A stretch of DNA of 64,000 nt from a virus (Duplodnaviria > Caudoviricetes): positions 859-64,858 of the IMG/VR virus record IMGVR_UViG_3300037076_000045, one strand, 5' to 3'. Both the position numbers and the translations under genes were made by a program. Numbering within the stretch: the stretch's first letter is position 1; each line of letters begins with the position of its first letter. Of this stretch, positions 25,781 to 35,427 are shown in pieces. Below the pieces are notes generated by a model. The model was not told the origin of the DNA and ran no database searches. It was given only the letters and a program-made list of their open reading frames with translations.

Positions 25781-27132
25781 ATTGCGCCTGTTTTTTGGGC
25801 AGCGAGTTCGACCAGCGATTTTTTGAAATCCATATCCCGGTCTGTCTCGAATGCAAATTCCACGCCTTCGTCTACTAGTCGCACGGCTGCTGCATTGACA
25901 ATAAGATTCATCAAAGCGGCCTGCTTAGGTTCGATCTTGTGAAACATGGTAACAGCATTTCCTTTCACGGTGAATGCTTCACGTACAGCGGATGATTGCG
26001 GCTTATCTTCGGGATGATTTTCTGGACGTTCTGGGGAGAGTTTAGAATCGCCAGATGGTTGTTCAACGTCCACAATTTTCATTTTGTTTCCGCCATACCC
26101 TTTATCGCTTATCCAACGTAGTATGTCGCCCGGACCTTTGCCACGATACCGATCAATGGCATGACCATCTTTGTCTTTCACAGCGATTGAATAGTCCTTA
26201 CCAATTTCAACAGTAAGTCCACGCTTCGGCGTAGCTGTTTGCTTGATCGGAACTGGATCAGTAGATGCGAATTGTGGATCGTTATTATTGCCCGGTTGTG
26301 GAATTTCCGGGTCATCATTCTTTGCATCGCCCATATCACCAGGAGCTTTACCTTCTGGTGACAGTGGTGTGTTATTCACTGGATTTGGATCATTCTCTTG
26401 TTGCTGTGCTTGCGCCTGTACTTGTGCCTGCCCGCCAGTAACCGGAGAGGGTTGCCCCGGCGCTGCGTTATCACCTTCTGCCGGTGTGCCAGCTACCGAA
26501 TGACCGAATGCCGATTCCAGACCAGCCTTTTTGACTTGGAAGAAAGTACGATAGTGATGTTTGTGGGTCTGTTCGATTTCGTATTCAGGATTAGAAGCAA
26601 CTACATCCATCGCAACAGAGCGCAAGACCATCTTCAATTTCCCATTTGCAAGATCGTCTAAGATGAGATTGGCTGGCTTTGCTTTACGAACGAAGTCCAC
26701 AATACCATGCGTAATTGTTACCCACACAGTTAGTGAGTCTTCATGAGACAATGCCGTGTCCCATCGCATGAACTGCTCTGGATGCCGACTGGAAAAGAAT
26801 GTCGCATAAAAAGTGGCATCTTGTGTCTGATCTGTGTTCGGTTGTCCTGAAGGTGCGAAGGCTGCTGGATCGGTGGCCGGTGGCATACCCATCTGCATTT
26901 GTTGGGCAGCGTCAGCTTGCTTTTCTTGTTCTTTTTCGGCTTGCTGACCTTCGACATCACCGACTTGGTGAAATGTAACTCGTACTTCAGCACCATCAGG
27001 AGCCATAAATCCAAGTTTCCAGACAGAAGATGATTTACCATCATTGGCTTGGCGTTGGGCGATCCACGACCATTGCAGTGGTATAGGTGCCTGTACCGCT
27101 GGCTGCGCTGTTTGCTGATTAAGGTCTGCCAT
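25774..27132 (-). CDS. Late Gln/Pro-rich multidomain protein
   Basis: 452 aa; CTAAATA 8 nt upstream. Confidence 0.75.
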   Translation of the reverse strand: MADLNQQTAQPAVQAPIPLQWSWIAQRQANDGKSSSVWKLGFMAPDGAEVRVTFHQVGDVEGQQAEKEQEKQADAAQQMQMGMPPATDPAAFAPSGQPNTDQTQDATFYATFFSSRHPEQFMRWDTALSHEDSLTVWVTITHGIVDFVRKAKPANLILDDLANGKLKMVLRSVAMDVVASNPEYEIEQTHKHHYRTFFQVKKAGLESAFGHSVAGTPAEGDNAAPGQPSPVTGGQAQVQAQAQQQENDPNPVNNTPLSPEGKAPGDMGDAKNDDPEIPQPGNNNDPQFASTDPVPIKQTATPKRGLTVEIGKDYSIAVKDKDGHAIDRYRGKGPGDILRWISDKGYGGNKMKIVDVEQPSGDSKLSPERPENHPEDKPQSSAVREAFTVKGNAVTMFHKIEPKQAALMNLIVNAAAVRLVDEGVEFAFETDRDMDFKKSLVELAAQKTGAIQ

Positions 27133-27139
27133 TATACTC

Positions 27140-27616
27140 TTATTTAGTTGTTTTCACTTTGACTTGCGGCATTGGACCCCAAAACTTTGTTCGGGCACGA
27201 AGATGTCCGTTTTGGAGTTGTTTGATAACGCAGATTGCCATGATGTGCCCACCAACTAGTCCTTCCCAATCTGTCTCGCTTGGACTGGTGTCTGTGTTTT
27301 TGCAATTCTTTTTATACGGGTGACTGTGGATGTCGCCGACGATGATTAGCTCAGTGCGTTTTGCTTCACGTTTGGCTTCGTACCACCATTCGTGTTGGAC
27401 ATCAACTTGACCGGGTGAGCAATAGTAATCGACATCAGTTGGATAGAACAAGCTATCTATGATGATTTTTTCACAATCGGTGTGTCCCAAAAGATAAGCA
27501 TAAGCCTCGTTTGGAAAACTCTTCTTGGCTTTCTTCTTAAAATCTTCTGTAAGTCGTTTTGATACTTGGATAACTACAGATCCGATAAGTGCTGTCGCTG
27601 CGGCTTGGCTCCCCAT
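27140..27616 (-). CDS. JAB/MPN+ metallo-isopeptidase
   Basis: PNEAY.YLLG ... GDIHSHP ... SPSETD (JAMM motif); CTAAATA upstream. Confidence 0.85.
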   Translation of the reverse strand: MGSQAAATALIGSVVIQVSKRLTEDFKKKAKKSFPNEAYAYLLGHTDCEKIIIDSLFYPTDVDYYCSPGQVDVQHEWWYEAKREAKRTELIIVGDIHSHPYKKNCKNTDTSPSETDWEGLVGGHIMAICVIKQLQNGHLRARTKFWGPMPQVKVKTTK

Positions 27617-27694
27617 TCCCTACCCTCCAGTTGCACGGATATTTAGGGTTTAGGGAGCCAGTTTTGTGCTTTCAACGACTTGAGAGAGATATAC

Positions 27695-28378
27695 TTACTT
27701 TTCGTCTTCGCTGTCGATAAGTGCTTGCTGACGTTGATACTTCACATCAGCCCACTCGTTGCCGCTTTGCCCAAGAACTTCCCATATGTCTTCCAGAGCC
27801 TTTTTCATCTGGAAAAAGATGTAGCCCTGACCTTTGGCATCTTCAAGAGCGTTGTGCGTGTGCTTCAGCGCCGGGTTGAACCATTTTCGTGGGAAGCGTT
27901 TCTTTGCAGAGTCATGATAAGTCGCCTGGAGTAGACACATTGCCATCGACTTCATATCAATCGCACTGAATCCGACACACGACTGTCCAAGGAACTTGCA
28001 AAGATACCAGTACGTGTAAGTGAAGTCATAGCCAGCCGGGTACGCAACTACGACCGGCGACGTTTTGGTTTCACGTGCAATTCTACGGACGATGGTTTGG
28101 AACCGTTCCATCGCTACCTTCGCCATGACACGATCCGTCATCATGCTGTCCCACAGACCAGGATTCTTCTCTTCCTGTTTCTGCCACCAATCCATTGTGT
28201 CGGGATCTTGTATGGCCCCTTCGATTGGATAGATGTTGGCGCTGTATTCTTCTAGGACTTTGCCGTCAGCATCGTAGAACACAGCGCCGAATTGCAGCAT
28301 GGAGTTAACGCCGGGGCACGGTCCATCTGCCTCAACGTCCACCGAGATGTAAAATTCTTTGATTCGTTTTCCCATCAT
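27695..28378 (-). CDS. DEDDh 3'-5' exonuclease
   Basis: SVDVEADGP, YDF and HNALEDA. Confidence 0.88.
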   Translation of the reverse strand: MMGKRIKEFYISVDVEADGPCPGVNSMLQFGAVFYDADGKVLEEYSANIYPIEGAIQDPDTMDWWQKQEEKNPGLWDSMMTDRVMAKVAMERFQTIVRRIARETKTSPVVVAYPAGYDFTYTYWYLCKFLGQSCVGFSAIDMKSMAMCLLQATYHDSAKKRFPRKWFNPALKHTHNALEDAKGQGYIFFQMKKALEDIWEVLGQSGNEWADVKYQRQQALIDSEDEK

Positions 28379-28813
28379 TTACCACGGTACCGACGTATCG
28401 TCTTCGTCTTCTTCGTCGTCGTCATCTTCTTCGTCTTCGTCGTCGTCTTCTTCCTCATCTTCGAGGTCTTCGTATTCGTCTTCACGAGGGATCGCAAAGA
28501 AGCCTTCTTCGATGATGAAGCGAGTTTCATCGTAGCCGGGGCGAATCTTCGCACGTTTGAACACGTCGATGAGAGTGGCGGCTTCGGCATCGGTGAGTTC
28601 AGTCGCAGTGAACGCACGTGACCAATCCTCGAACGAACTGTATTCGATCTGCTCGTTCGTGCCTACGCCGTATTCCCATGAAAATTTCTTGCCCAGGAAT
28701 TCCCGGACTTCTTCTTTCATGGTTTCCCAATTCTCTTTGGTGATGATAACGAAGCCGGTGATGTCCATTTCATCGGCCCAATTGTCGTTGTACTTCACGA
28801 AAAGTTTGCTCAT
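28379..28813 (-). CDS. Hypothetical protein with acidic tail
   Basis: NWADEMD..GF; poly-D/E C-terminus; leaderless. Confidence 0.75.
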   Translation of the reverse strand: MSKLFVKYNDNWADEMDITGFVIITKENWETMKEEVREFLGKKFSWEYGVGTNEQIEYSSFEDWSRAFTATELTDAEAATLIDVFKRAKIRPGYDETRFIIEEGFFAIPREDEYEDLEDEEEDDDEDEEDDDDEEDEDDTSVPW

Positions 28814-28816
28814 ATT

Positions 28817-29140
28817 TTACATTGTACCACTTTGGCACATCAGATGAAACGTGGCGGCTTCCACGGTCATACCAGTCTTTTCGATAAGCTGGTAAATTTC
28901 TCCTACGACGTTTCCAAATTCGCAAGAGTGGTTTTCATCGCCGCTCATGTATTGCAAAAGCTCCACCACAATTGCGTTGTGAAGCTGCATGTCGGTGCCT
29001 TCCATTTCGCACATGTCCAAAAGCCGGGACCGGCGCTCTTCGTAAGTTGGTTCTTCTAGGATCACGTCTTTATCCATTCCGAAAGCTGTCATCACTTGCT
29101 CTCTGCTTATCATACCAGCACGATAAGCCATCAGAAGCAT
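28817..29140 (-). CDS. Hypothetical protein
   Basis: ORF in a run; start uncertain. Confidence 0.55.
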   Translation of the reverse strand: MLLMAYRAGMISREQVMTAFGMDKDVILEEPTYEERRSRLLDMCEMEGTDMQLHNAIVVELLQYMSGDENHSCEFGNVVGEIYQLIEKTGMTVEAATFHLMCQSGTM

Positions 29141-29153
29141 TTGATAGTCTGGC

Positions 29154-29564
29154 TTATTTGACGAGTCCTGGGAAGGCTGCGTTGACAAGTTCCTTAGTGA
29201 TGCCATATGACGACAAATCCTTCTTGATGATGTTAATCAAGGCCACGGCGTCAGATGGATCAATTGACTCCAAAATTTGCCCCAACAGAGCAGACTTACG
29301 TTGTGGCGACACTTGCCGGTACGAATCCATGAAGACGTACAGCCGACGATGTTCGATGTAAAGCGTATTCGATGCGTAGCCATCTGGTTCATCGTTCTCT
29401 TTGTAAGAAGGAACGATCACATCAAATTTGACATTGGGATCGAGTGCGGCCAGCAACAGTTGACGGACAACCGGCTGGTTGTTGTTTTGGAGTATCATCA
29501 CCTTATCTTCAAAGTCAGGTGCTTCCGATACATCCTTGAGTATTTCTGCGAACATTTTTCTCAT
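29154..29564 (-). CDS. Conserved T4-like protein downstream of rnh
   Basis: L..E.RRLY.F...RK..L..QILE...P.DA...IT..LV..AFPGL. Confidence 0.75.
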   Translation of the reverse strand: MRKMFAEILKDVSEAPDFEDKVMILQNNNQPVVRQLLLAALDPNVKFDVIVPSYKENDEPDGYASNTLYIEHRRLYVFMDSYRQVSPQRKSALLGQILESIDPSDAVALINIIKKDLSSYGITKELVNAAFPGLVK

Positions 29565-29571
29565 AGTATTC

Positions 29572-29826
29572 CTACTTATAAAACTCATCTGGGTAGATGA
29601 CCATTCGGACTCCCGTTTCGACGCTGCAACCATTGTCTTCGATGTTTTGCATGGCTGCTTTCAGTGTGGTATTGTATCCAGGCGTATCTTCAAACATGTA
29701 CTTCACAAGTTCTTCTTTCACGTCGTACTGCAACTGATTACGCCACAATTGCAGTATGGTGGTACGACCATCTCTTCCTGAGAGATCTAACAACATCGCT
29801 CTGGTTTCTTCATATGTCGGCATCAA
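29572..29826 (-). CDS. Hypothetical protein
   Basis: Coupled to rnh. Confidence 0.55.
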   Translation of the reverse strand: MMPTYEETRAMLLDLSGRDGRTTILQLWRNQLQYDVKEELVKYMFEDTPGYNTTLKAAMQNIEDNGCSVETGVRMVIYPDEFYK

Positions 29827-30746
29827 AACTCCCGAATTGACTCCAACAGATTTCGCATTCTACTTCTGACTAGGTAGCCGAAGATCTTTTCACTTGCGCC
29901 CACAGGCGGCACATTAAATTCTGTGAGAATGGCAGCTTCGACCTCCACTGGAATTTCGGTCAGGTCAACCATTTTCTTGTTCCTATAGTAGTTGACAAGC
30001 ATCTTTTCGTTGCCATCGCAGAATATTTCTGGCGGCTGGCCGTACCATGCGTCAATCTTCACTTGATAAACCGGAGACTGCCGCACACCCGTAACAAGGC
30101 AATCATCGGGACTCAAAAAGTTAGGAACCCCATCGCCCTTGTCACCATGTAGTATGTGTTCAAACAGGAATTTCGCCGGATCTTCTGTCACCAGCATCTT
30201 GTCCTGGACCGGGCCGTATTGAGAAACGCCTTCATATCTCTGAAGCTGTTGGAAGTCTTTGTCGCCGGATACGATGAGAATATTTTCGTTGTCGTGGAAG
30301 TGCTTTGCGATGACACCAATTACATCATCCGCTTCGGCACCGGGCACGTCCATGACTTTGTACGGAAAGTTTTCTTTGATTTCGTCACGGAGATCATTCA
30401 AGATACTGAATACCAGCGGCCAGTCAATACCGGAATCGTCACGATCTTTCTTGCGGTTGGCTTTGTAGTATTGGAATGCTGACTTACGCCAGTAGTTGTG
30501 GTTGTCTGTAGCTATAACAAGCCGCCCGAATCTTTTCCGGTAACTTTTGTTGATCCTGCGAATTGAATTGAGGATCATGTGCCGAAGCATGGACGGGTTG
30601 ACTTCCCCGTTGTCTTCTTCCTCTTCAACGTCGTTCTGTTGTGCAAGCCAGCGGCGCTCGACAATTCTAGCGGGGTCTTTTTTGCTCTGTTTGAGTTGTT
30701 GATGCAGATTGCTGATCGCTACCTGCGAGAAGTCTAAAAGAATCAC
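29823..30746 (-). CDS. rnh: T4-type RNase H / 5'-3' exonuclease
   Basis: ILLDFSQ, LRHMILN, YKANR, EADD.I, SGDKDF.QL and GD..DGVPN. Confidence 0.96.
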   Translation of the reverse strand: MILLDFSQVAISNLHQQLKQSKKDPARIVERRWLAQQNDVEEEEDNGEVNPSMLRHMILNSIRRINKSYRKRFGRLVIATDNHNYWRKSAFQYYKANRKKDRDDSGIDWPLVFSILNDLRDEIKENFPYKVMDVPGAEADDVIGVIAKHFHDNENILIVSGDKDFQQLQRYEGVSQYGPVQDKMLVTEDPAKFLFEHILHGDKGDGVPNFLSPDDCLVTGVRQSPVYQVKIDAWYGQPPEIFCDGNEKMLVNYYRNKKMVDLTEIPVEVEAAILTEFNVPPVGASEKIFGYLVRSRMRNLLESIREF

Positions 30747-30788
30747 GGTCCTATTATCACACAGATTTTGATTTTGTCTAGTGGCGCA

Positions 30789-30935
30789 TCAACGTCCCAA
30801 CCACCGTAAAGCCACAAGCAGCCCAAGCAGTGCCAGTACGTACCACAAAATAACAATGGGTCCATACTTAGTCTCCAGCCATGCGCCAATGAATCCACCA
30901 ATGAGACCGCCCAAACCAGCTACTAAAATGGTCAT
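30789..30935 (-). CDS. Small two-TM protein (48 aa, not in the ORF track)
   Basis: MTILVAGLGGLIGGFIGAW...ILWYVLALLGLLVAL. Confidence 0.5.
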   Translation of the reverse strand: MTILVAGLGGLIGGFIGAWLETKYGPIVILWYVLALLGLLVALRWLGR

Positions 30936-31045
30936 CTCGGATCAATCCTCATTGCACGTAAAAATTCGTCGTCGCACCAGGACTCGTGCCATTTCCTGAT
31001 TAACCTACCTGTGGCAGCACACAGGATCAGCAAAACCAATTGCAT

Positions 31046-31411
31046 CTACGACTCTCCGTGTGTTCCGTTCATGCAGACCGCTTGTAAAGTGCGTTCCTTG
31101 GGCACTACGAAGGGCTTAATTGGCACGTAGACTTCACTCTCGATCTTGGACATGTCGGCCCACGGCACGGCGTACTTGCGGCCACAGGCGGGGCAGATGT
31201 AGAAATGGTCGCCCTGTCGATATTTTGGTTTTGCGTGCATGAAGATGCAAATGTAAACCAGAATTTTGTCGTGTGCATCTCGCCACCAAGAGGTTTTCTT
31301 GGGCACGATGGAGATCGGTTCTAGGGAATCGTCAAAGTGTTCCGATAGATGGGCAATAGCCAGATCTCGCTCCAGTGTCATTTGATGCACGATTAGGCGA
31401 GTGTGGCCCAT
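31046..31411 (-). CDS. Hypothetical zinc-binding protein
   Basis: CIFMH...CPACGR. Confidence 0.55.
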   Translation of the reverse strand: MGHTRLIVHQMTLERDLAIAHLSEHFDDSLEPISIVPKKTSWWRDAHDKILVYICIFMHAKPKYRQGDHFYICPACGRKYAVPWADMSKIESEVYVPIKPFVVPKERTLQAVCMNGTHGES

Positions 31412-31481
31412 CGTTCACGCACTTTTGCTGCCGGGGTCTCACGTACCGTATACTGCCCATCTTCGACGCTCGTGTTTGTCA

Positions 31482-31521
31482 TAGATGTACCTATCGTAGC
31501 ATGTGCCGTTATGAATGTCAA
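31482..31521 (-). promoter_or_regulatory. Early promoter with operator at +1
   Basis: TTGACA-17-TACGAT then TAGGTACATCTA overlapping an ATG. Confidence 0.75.
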
Positions 31522-32285
31522 ATCCTCGGCAGCGCCCGTAAAATCAACGTGTCCCGGCTAGTGCGTGGAGTGATCGCCTGGGGCACTGCTCGTATGGCGT
31601 CCCAATATCGGTGCATTTCGGACGGCGATTTTGAAATGAAGTCGTGGATCTGCTGCTTGGGTTTGCGAATGGTTTTGGTGGTTGACCGCTTTTCGTTGTA
31701 ACTAAGAATCGTCGTTCCTTTGGCTGACAATCCAGATTCACTCTTTGCGTAGTAGCAACCGAGTTTCCGGGTCTTCGTGTTGTAGACCCACAATTCTTTG
31801 GCTCCAACTAACTCTACCCGATTCAAACTGGATATTCCGGTCTCTTTGTCTTTTTCTAAGAAGAGCACTTTCTTGACGATCTCTTCTGGCGGCTTTTGTT
31901 TCTTTTTTCGTGGGTTGTGATTGCCGATTCGTAATTTGCCGGTGGCCGCATCATCATGCTTGAGCGACCGGAGTTCTCGAAACATCGCCATTGCCACTTT
32001 CAGACTTGGCTTGTCCCAATTCGAGTAAGCCTCAATAAAAAACTCATCGCCACCGAGCGCCGCCTTTATGTCTTCTTGACTGCGGTTATATTGCGCTTTG
32101 AGATTCTTCAATTCCACTTTGGTGAGCTTGCGTAGTTGTTCGAGAAGAGAAGACTCGAACGCCTTCAACTTGCGGTTGCGAATGCGTTCGAGCAAAGCAT
32201 CTACATGGGTGAGAGCAAGAGTCAACGGGCTATTTTCCGCACGAAACGGCCATTCTTGCTGCTTCGACTTTTTTATACGTGGCAT
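31518..32285 (-). CDS. Conserved T4-like hypothetical protein
   Basis: GAKELWVYNTKTRKL...GL..KGTTI....KTIRKP. Confidence 0.8.
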   Translation of the reverse strand: MPRIKKSKQQEWPFRAENSPLTLALTHVDALLERIRNRKLKAFESSLLEQLRKLTKVELKNLKAQYNRSQEDIKAALGGDEFFIEAYSNWDKPSLKVAMAMFRELRSLKHDDAATGKLRIGNHNPRKKKQKPPEEIVKKVLFLEKDKETGISSLNRVELVGAKELWVYNTKTRKLGCYYAKSESGLSAKGTTILSYNEKRSTTKTIRKPKQQIHDFISKSPSEMHRYWDAIRAVPQAITPRTSRDTLILRALPRI

Positions 32286-32337
32286 TTCCAGGTGTGAACT
32301 TTCATAGTACAGGACTTTTGAAATCTGTCAACTCTAC

Positions 32338-32967
32338 CTATACTTCGACCGTATTCAGCCAGTTCATCACCTGATCCGCAAGGCTGCGATATCGTGCATG
32401 GATGTTGTACACACGAATCTTTTGTGTCGGCGTCTTCCCCTTGTACGGTCCTAATGTCAAGGCTCTACCAACGTGGCGGATTCCCGCTTCAATTGTCTTA
32501 AATCTGGCTCTACCCGAATCCCATCCGAAGATGTTATTGTTGACGTGTGCCTTCCCTCCTGCTGATTCTATAAAAGCAAATGTGGGAAGTAAGCGCCAGT
32601 CCAGATCGTTTTCGTCTGCAACTTGCACAAATAATTTTGCATATTTGGCGGCAGGAGACTTATACTTGGCAAAGAATCGACGGATCTTTTCTTCACGTGG
32701 GTCGGCATCCCCAAAGTCAAGTTTTGTCTTGACTTTTGCCGTAATAGGCTCGATATGTGCTGCTGCGTGTGTTTTTATTACACACACTAATGCGGTCTCA
32801 TAACAGATCGTGTCTTCAAGAGAGTGCTGTGGGGCAGCGACCTCCAATCGCTGTTGGTCACTATTCCCCGCACAAACTTCATAATCATTATGAGCACCAG
32901 CAGTGATCGTGCTGTACAAACCTATGAACAACAAGGCTAATACAGCACGAAGCATCGTTCGTGTCAT
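32338..32967 (-). CDS. Secreted lysozyme/glucosaminidase-like hydrolase
   Basis: Signal peptide; LDWRLL......ES.GG...NNIFGW; CTAAATA 5 nt upstream. Confidence 0.75.
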   Translation of the reverse strand: MTRTMLRAVLALLFIGLYSTITAGAHNDYEVCAGNSDQQRLEVAAPQHSLEDTICYETALVCVIKTHAAAHIEPITAKVKTKLDFGDADPREEKIRRFFAKYKSPAAKYAKLFVQVADENDLDWRLLPTFAFIESAGGKAHVNNNIFGWDSGRARFKTIEAGIRHVGRALTLGPYKGKTPTQKIRVYNIHARYRSLADQVMNWLNTVEV

Positions 32968-32996
32968 AGGTGTATTTAGTCCTTTTTGATCGAGAA

Positions 32997-33161
32997 TTAT
33001 TCACCTTTCTCTTCAAAGTGCTCGTATAACTTTTCGAGCGCATCACAGAGAAGAGAGAAGTTTGAACGGGCTTTATACACATCCCTGGCTAAGTTCTGAA
33101 TCGCCAGTAATTCGTTGTAAGTTCCTGTAGAGATGACAGGCGGCAAAGTGTCTGTTAACAT
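32997..33161 (-). CDS. Small protein (54 aa, not in the ORF track)
   Basis: SD AAGGA; MLTDTLPP... Confidence 0.5.
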   Translation of the reverse strand: MLTDTLPPVISTGTYNELLAIQNLARDVYKARSNFSLLCDALEKLYEHFEEKGE

Positions 33162-33221
33162 GTTTCCTTTCCTTTCAGTCTAGTTCCATGAACATACGCC
33201 CCTGTTCATCAAACTTGGGGA

Positions 33222-33494
33222 TTAAAGTACTTCTATGATTCGGTCGGTGCGGATGGAACGCCAGTCGTTCTCTTCCACGTCCCATACCGTCACAATGTTG
33301 TCCGGGAGATCTTCAACTAGATCATCCGGGGTGATGCCCTCCTTCCTAAATTTCTCAGGAAGGTACTCATCTTGTAACGTGCCACGCAATACACGGAGCG
33401 TTCCGTCCGTCTTGCGAAATTTCACTTCTACTACTCGACATTTCAGCATTTCCAACAGAGTATCCCTGTTGTAGCCGATGGTTTCTGTATTCAT
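33222..33494 (-). CDS. WYL_2 / Sm-like SH3 barrel protein
   Basis: V.FRK.DGT.R...GTL...VWDVE...WRS.R. Confidence 0.85.
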   Translation of the reverse strand: MNTETIGYNRDTLLEMLKCRVVEVKFRKTDGTLRVLRGTLQDEYLPEKFRKEGITPDDLVEDLPDNIVTVWDVEENDWRSIRTDRIIEVL

Positions 33495-33524
33495 GGAACC
33501 ATTGTCCCACGGAAACAGAATTCG

Positions 33525-33689
33525 TCAAGTCATTAGCGGCTTTCCCTTCTCGGTCAGTACCTTCCAAAGTTTCAATTTTTCTGGCGGCGTCTGATGGTGG
33601 TATTCCCGGTGATGCTCTTCGATTTCTGCGACGGCATCACGCAGAGATGTCACTAGTATTTCATACTCAAAGTCTTCTAGTACTACCAT
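33525..33689 (-). CDS. Hypothetical protein (leaderless)
   Basis: TGTGC-TACACT-6-ATG. Confidence 0.55.
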   Translation of the reverse strand: MVVLEDFEYEILVTSLRDAVAEIEEHHREYHHQTPPEKLKLWKVLTEKGKPLMT

Positions 33690-33865
33690 ACTTTGAGTGT
33701 AGCACAAACCTCTAACAAGTACAATCGAATGAACTCGTAGTCAGCCTTTCCTGTGCCATCGCAATCAGGGCAATCAACCATTACCTCAATCGGTGGACCT
33801 CCGTAGCAAACCATGCCCATTCCTCGACCTTCGCCGTCACATGTTTCGCATACAGGAGGTTTCAT
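33683..33865 (-). CDS. DnaJ-type zinc-finger protein
   Basis: CETCDGEG...CPDCDGTG. Confidence 0.65.
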   Translation of the reverse strand: MKPPVCETCDGEGRGMGMVCYGGPPIEVMVDCPDCDGTGKADYEFIRLYLLEVCATLKVW

Positions 33866-34179
33866 TGAAGCAGCCGGATGATTTCTAAGGCTTCTTCGGG
33901 GTAGCCACCATGCCAAGCGCAGCGAGTGAAGAAATCGCTGTTGTCGGTCTTCTCCGGGTCGCCGCACAGCCAGTAGAGTGGCGTCTGATCGCAATCCCGG
34001 CCTCTGTAGACGACGAATAGGCGTGCGCCGTCCATTAGATGCGGATGCTTGTCGTCACCCACAATTTCGACCAGTGCGCCCATTGGAATTTGGTGGGTCA
34101 GAGTCGCATTGATCTGCCGGTACGTGCGGCCCTGCGTGTCGTTCGGGTCAACAATATCTGCAATCATAATAAGTGGCAT
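33862..34179 (-). CDS. Hypothetical protein
   Basis: H.IP.GALVE...RLFVV...RDCD.TPLY. Confidence 0.7.
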   Translation of the reverse strand: MPLIMIADIVDPNDTQGRTYRQINATLTHQIPMGALVEIVGDDKHPHLMDGARLFVVYRGRDCDQTPLYWLCGDPEKTDNSDFFTRCAWHGGYPEEALEIIRLLQ

Positions 34180-34180
34180 G

Positions 34181-34642
34181 TTAGCTCCAATATGAGACCA
34201 GAAGCCACTTCGGGTCGCTGTATGGAAGCCCCATCAGTTCGCAGTAATCTTGAAGCTGCTGCTTCCAATTCGGCTCAAAGTGTAAGCCGTTCGGAATTTC
34301 AGTTTCATCACCACGATAGACCATGTAGTGACCGGCCTTTACGCAGACGAAGTACATCGGGTAGTCGCCGGAACAGTATCTACCCACTTCACAGCCGCCC
34401 TTTTCGTTGATTTCTCGCTTCGCAGTCCAGTAAGCGACGTACTTGTCTTGGATGGCTTTGTCATCTCTGGAGTATTCTTCGGTAGGACTAAGAACGCCCA
34501 TCTTATTGGCATACAGCGTCTCGAAATCGCCATCAAAACCTTCATCTGGATCGTATCCGTGAAACTTTGCGATTTCATCCATCTGCAAATTTTCGCCGTA
34601 AGCGATGCCATAAAACAAAATACCGTTAGTGCTTTGTCCCAT
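34181..34642 (-). CDS. Hypothetical protein
   Basis: MGQST.GILFYG...CSGDYP...P.WLLVSYW. Confidence 0.7.
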   Translation of the reverse strand: MGQSTNGILFYGIAYGENLQMDEIAKFHGYDPDEGFDGDFETLYANKMGVLSPTEEYSRDDKAIQDKYVAYWTAKREINEKGGCEVGRYCSGDYPMYFVCVKAGHYMVYRGDETEIPNGLHFEPNWKQQLQDYCELMGLPYSDPKWLLVSYWS

Positions 34643-34656
34643 GAGTAGGGCCTTTC

Positions 34657-35427
34657 TTAAAACGGAACGTTGCGGGTAAACTTACCACCCGTCGAATCGT
34701 TGGCTGGATCGACTTTCTTGGTGCCAGCCACGATGGTGTCTTTCAGCAGACGCACGCTGCGAAAGATCGTGTGCTTCTCGCCGTTTTCTGCCGGTGCATG
34801 ACGAGTCGGAGTTGCGTGAATGGCAAAGCAGTCACCAAGCTGGACGAGCGATTCCCACTTTGCTGGCGCATCGTAAAAGAAGCCGATGTTGGAACTGCGA
34901 TCATTGACCACGAACATCGTGTCGCCCCGTGTTGCGTCATGATCGCCCACCCGCACGAGCTTGACGAAGAAGCGATCTTCTTTGTTCAAGGCACCCATAA
35001 ATTCACCGGGCTTGATGATTTTGGCTTCGCTCTTCAGGGCATTCAGCGTTTTCGGTTTTTGCGGCTTGAGCTTGCTGTACAGGTTCGGCATTGCCACTGC
35101 ATACGGGAATGTCAGCGGTGTGACCGTTTCCGCTTTTGCCGTGTCAACACACGTTTTGTACATCGCCCCATCCGGCATGGATTGAACGTTTTTGAATTCC
35201 GGCATCGTGTCGAAGATGCGAAAGAACCCGATCATTTCGTCCGCAAGATGCCAATATTCAGGATCTAACGTTGGGTTCGGATCTCTGGTCAGAGTTGCCA
35301 GAACCTTCGTCTGCGTGTTGGTATCAGCATTTCGGGTTGGCGCAATATAACCGTTGTCGGTATGAATCATGTCCAACGTTGTTGCAACCACCGTCCGCAG
35401 TGGACTGTTTGTGCCCTTAGTCGCCAT
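34657..35427 (-). CDS. Hypothetical protein with possible C-terminal OB fold
   Basis: GD...I.ATP.RH....GEK.T. Confidence 0.7.
   Translation of the reverse strand: MATKGTNSPLRTVVATTLDMIHTDNGYIAPTRNADTNTQTKVLATLTRDPNPTLDPEYWHLADEMIGFFRIFDTMPEFKNVQSMPDGAMYKTCVDTAKAETVTPLTFPYAVAMPNLYSKLKPQKPKTLNALKSEAKIIKPGEFMGALNKEDRFFVKLVRVGDHDATRGDTMFVVNDRSSNIGFFYDAPAKWESLVQLGDCFAIHATPTRHAPAENGEKHTIFRSVRLLKDTIVAGTKKVDPANDSTGGKFTRNVPF

Noticed and set aside
28390-28480. GAN-rich low-complexity repeat
   Set aside because: Simply encodes an acidic protein tail
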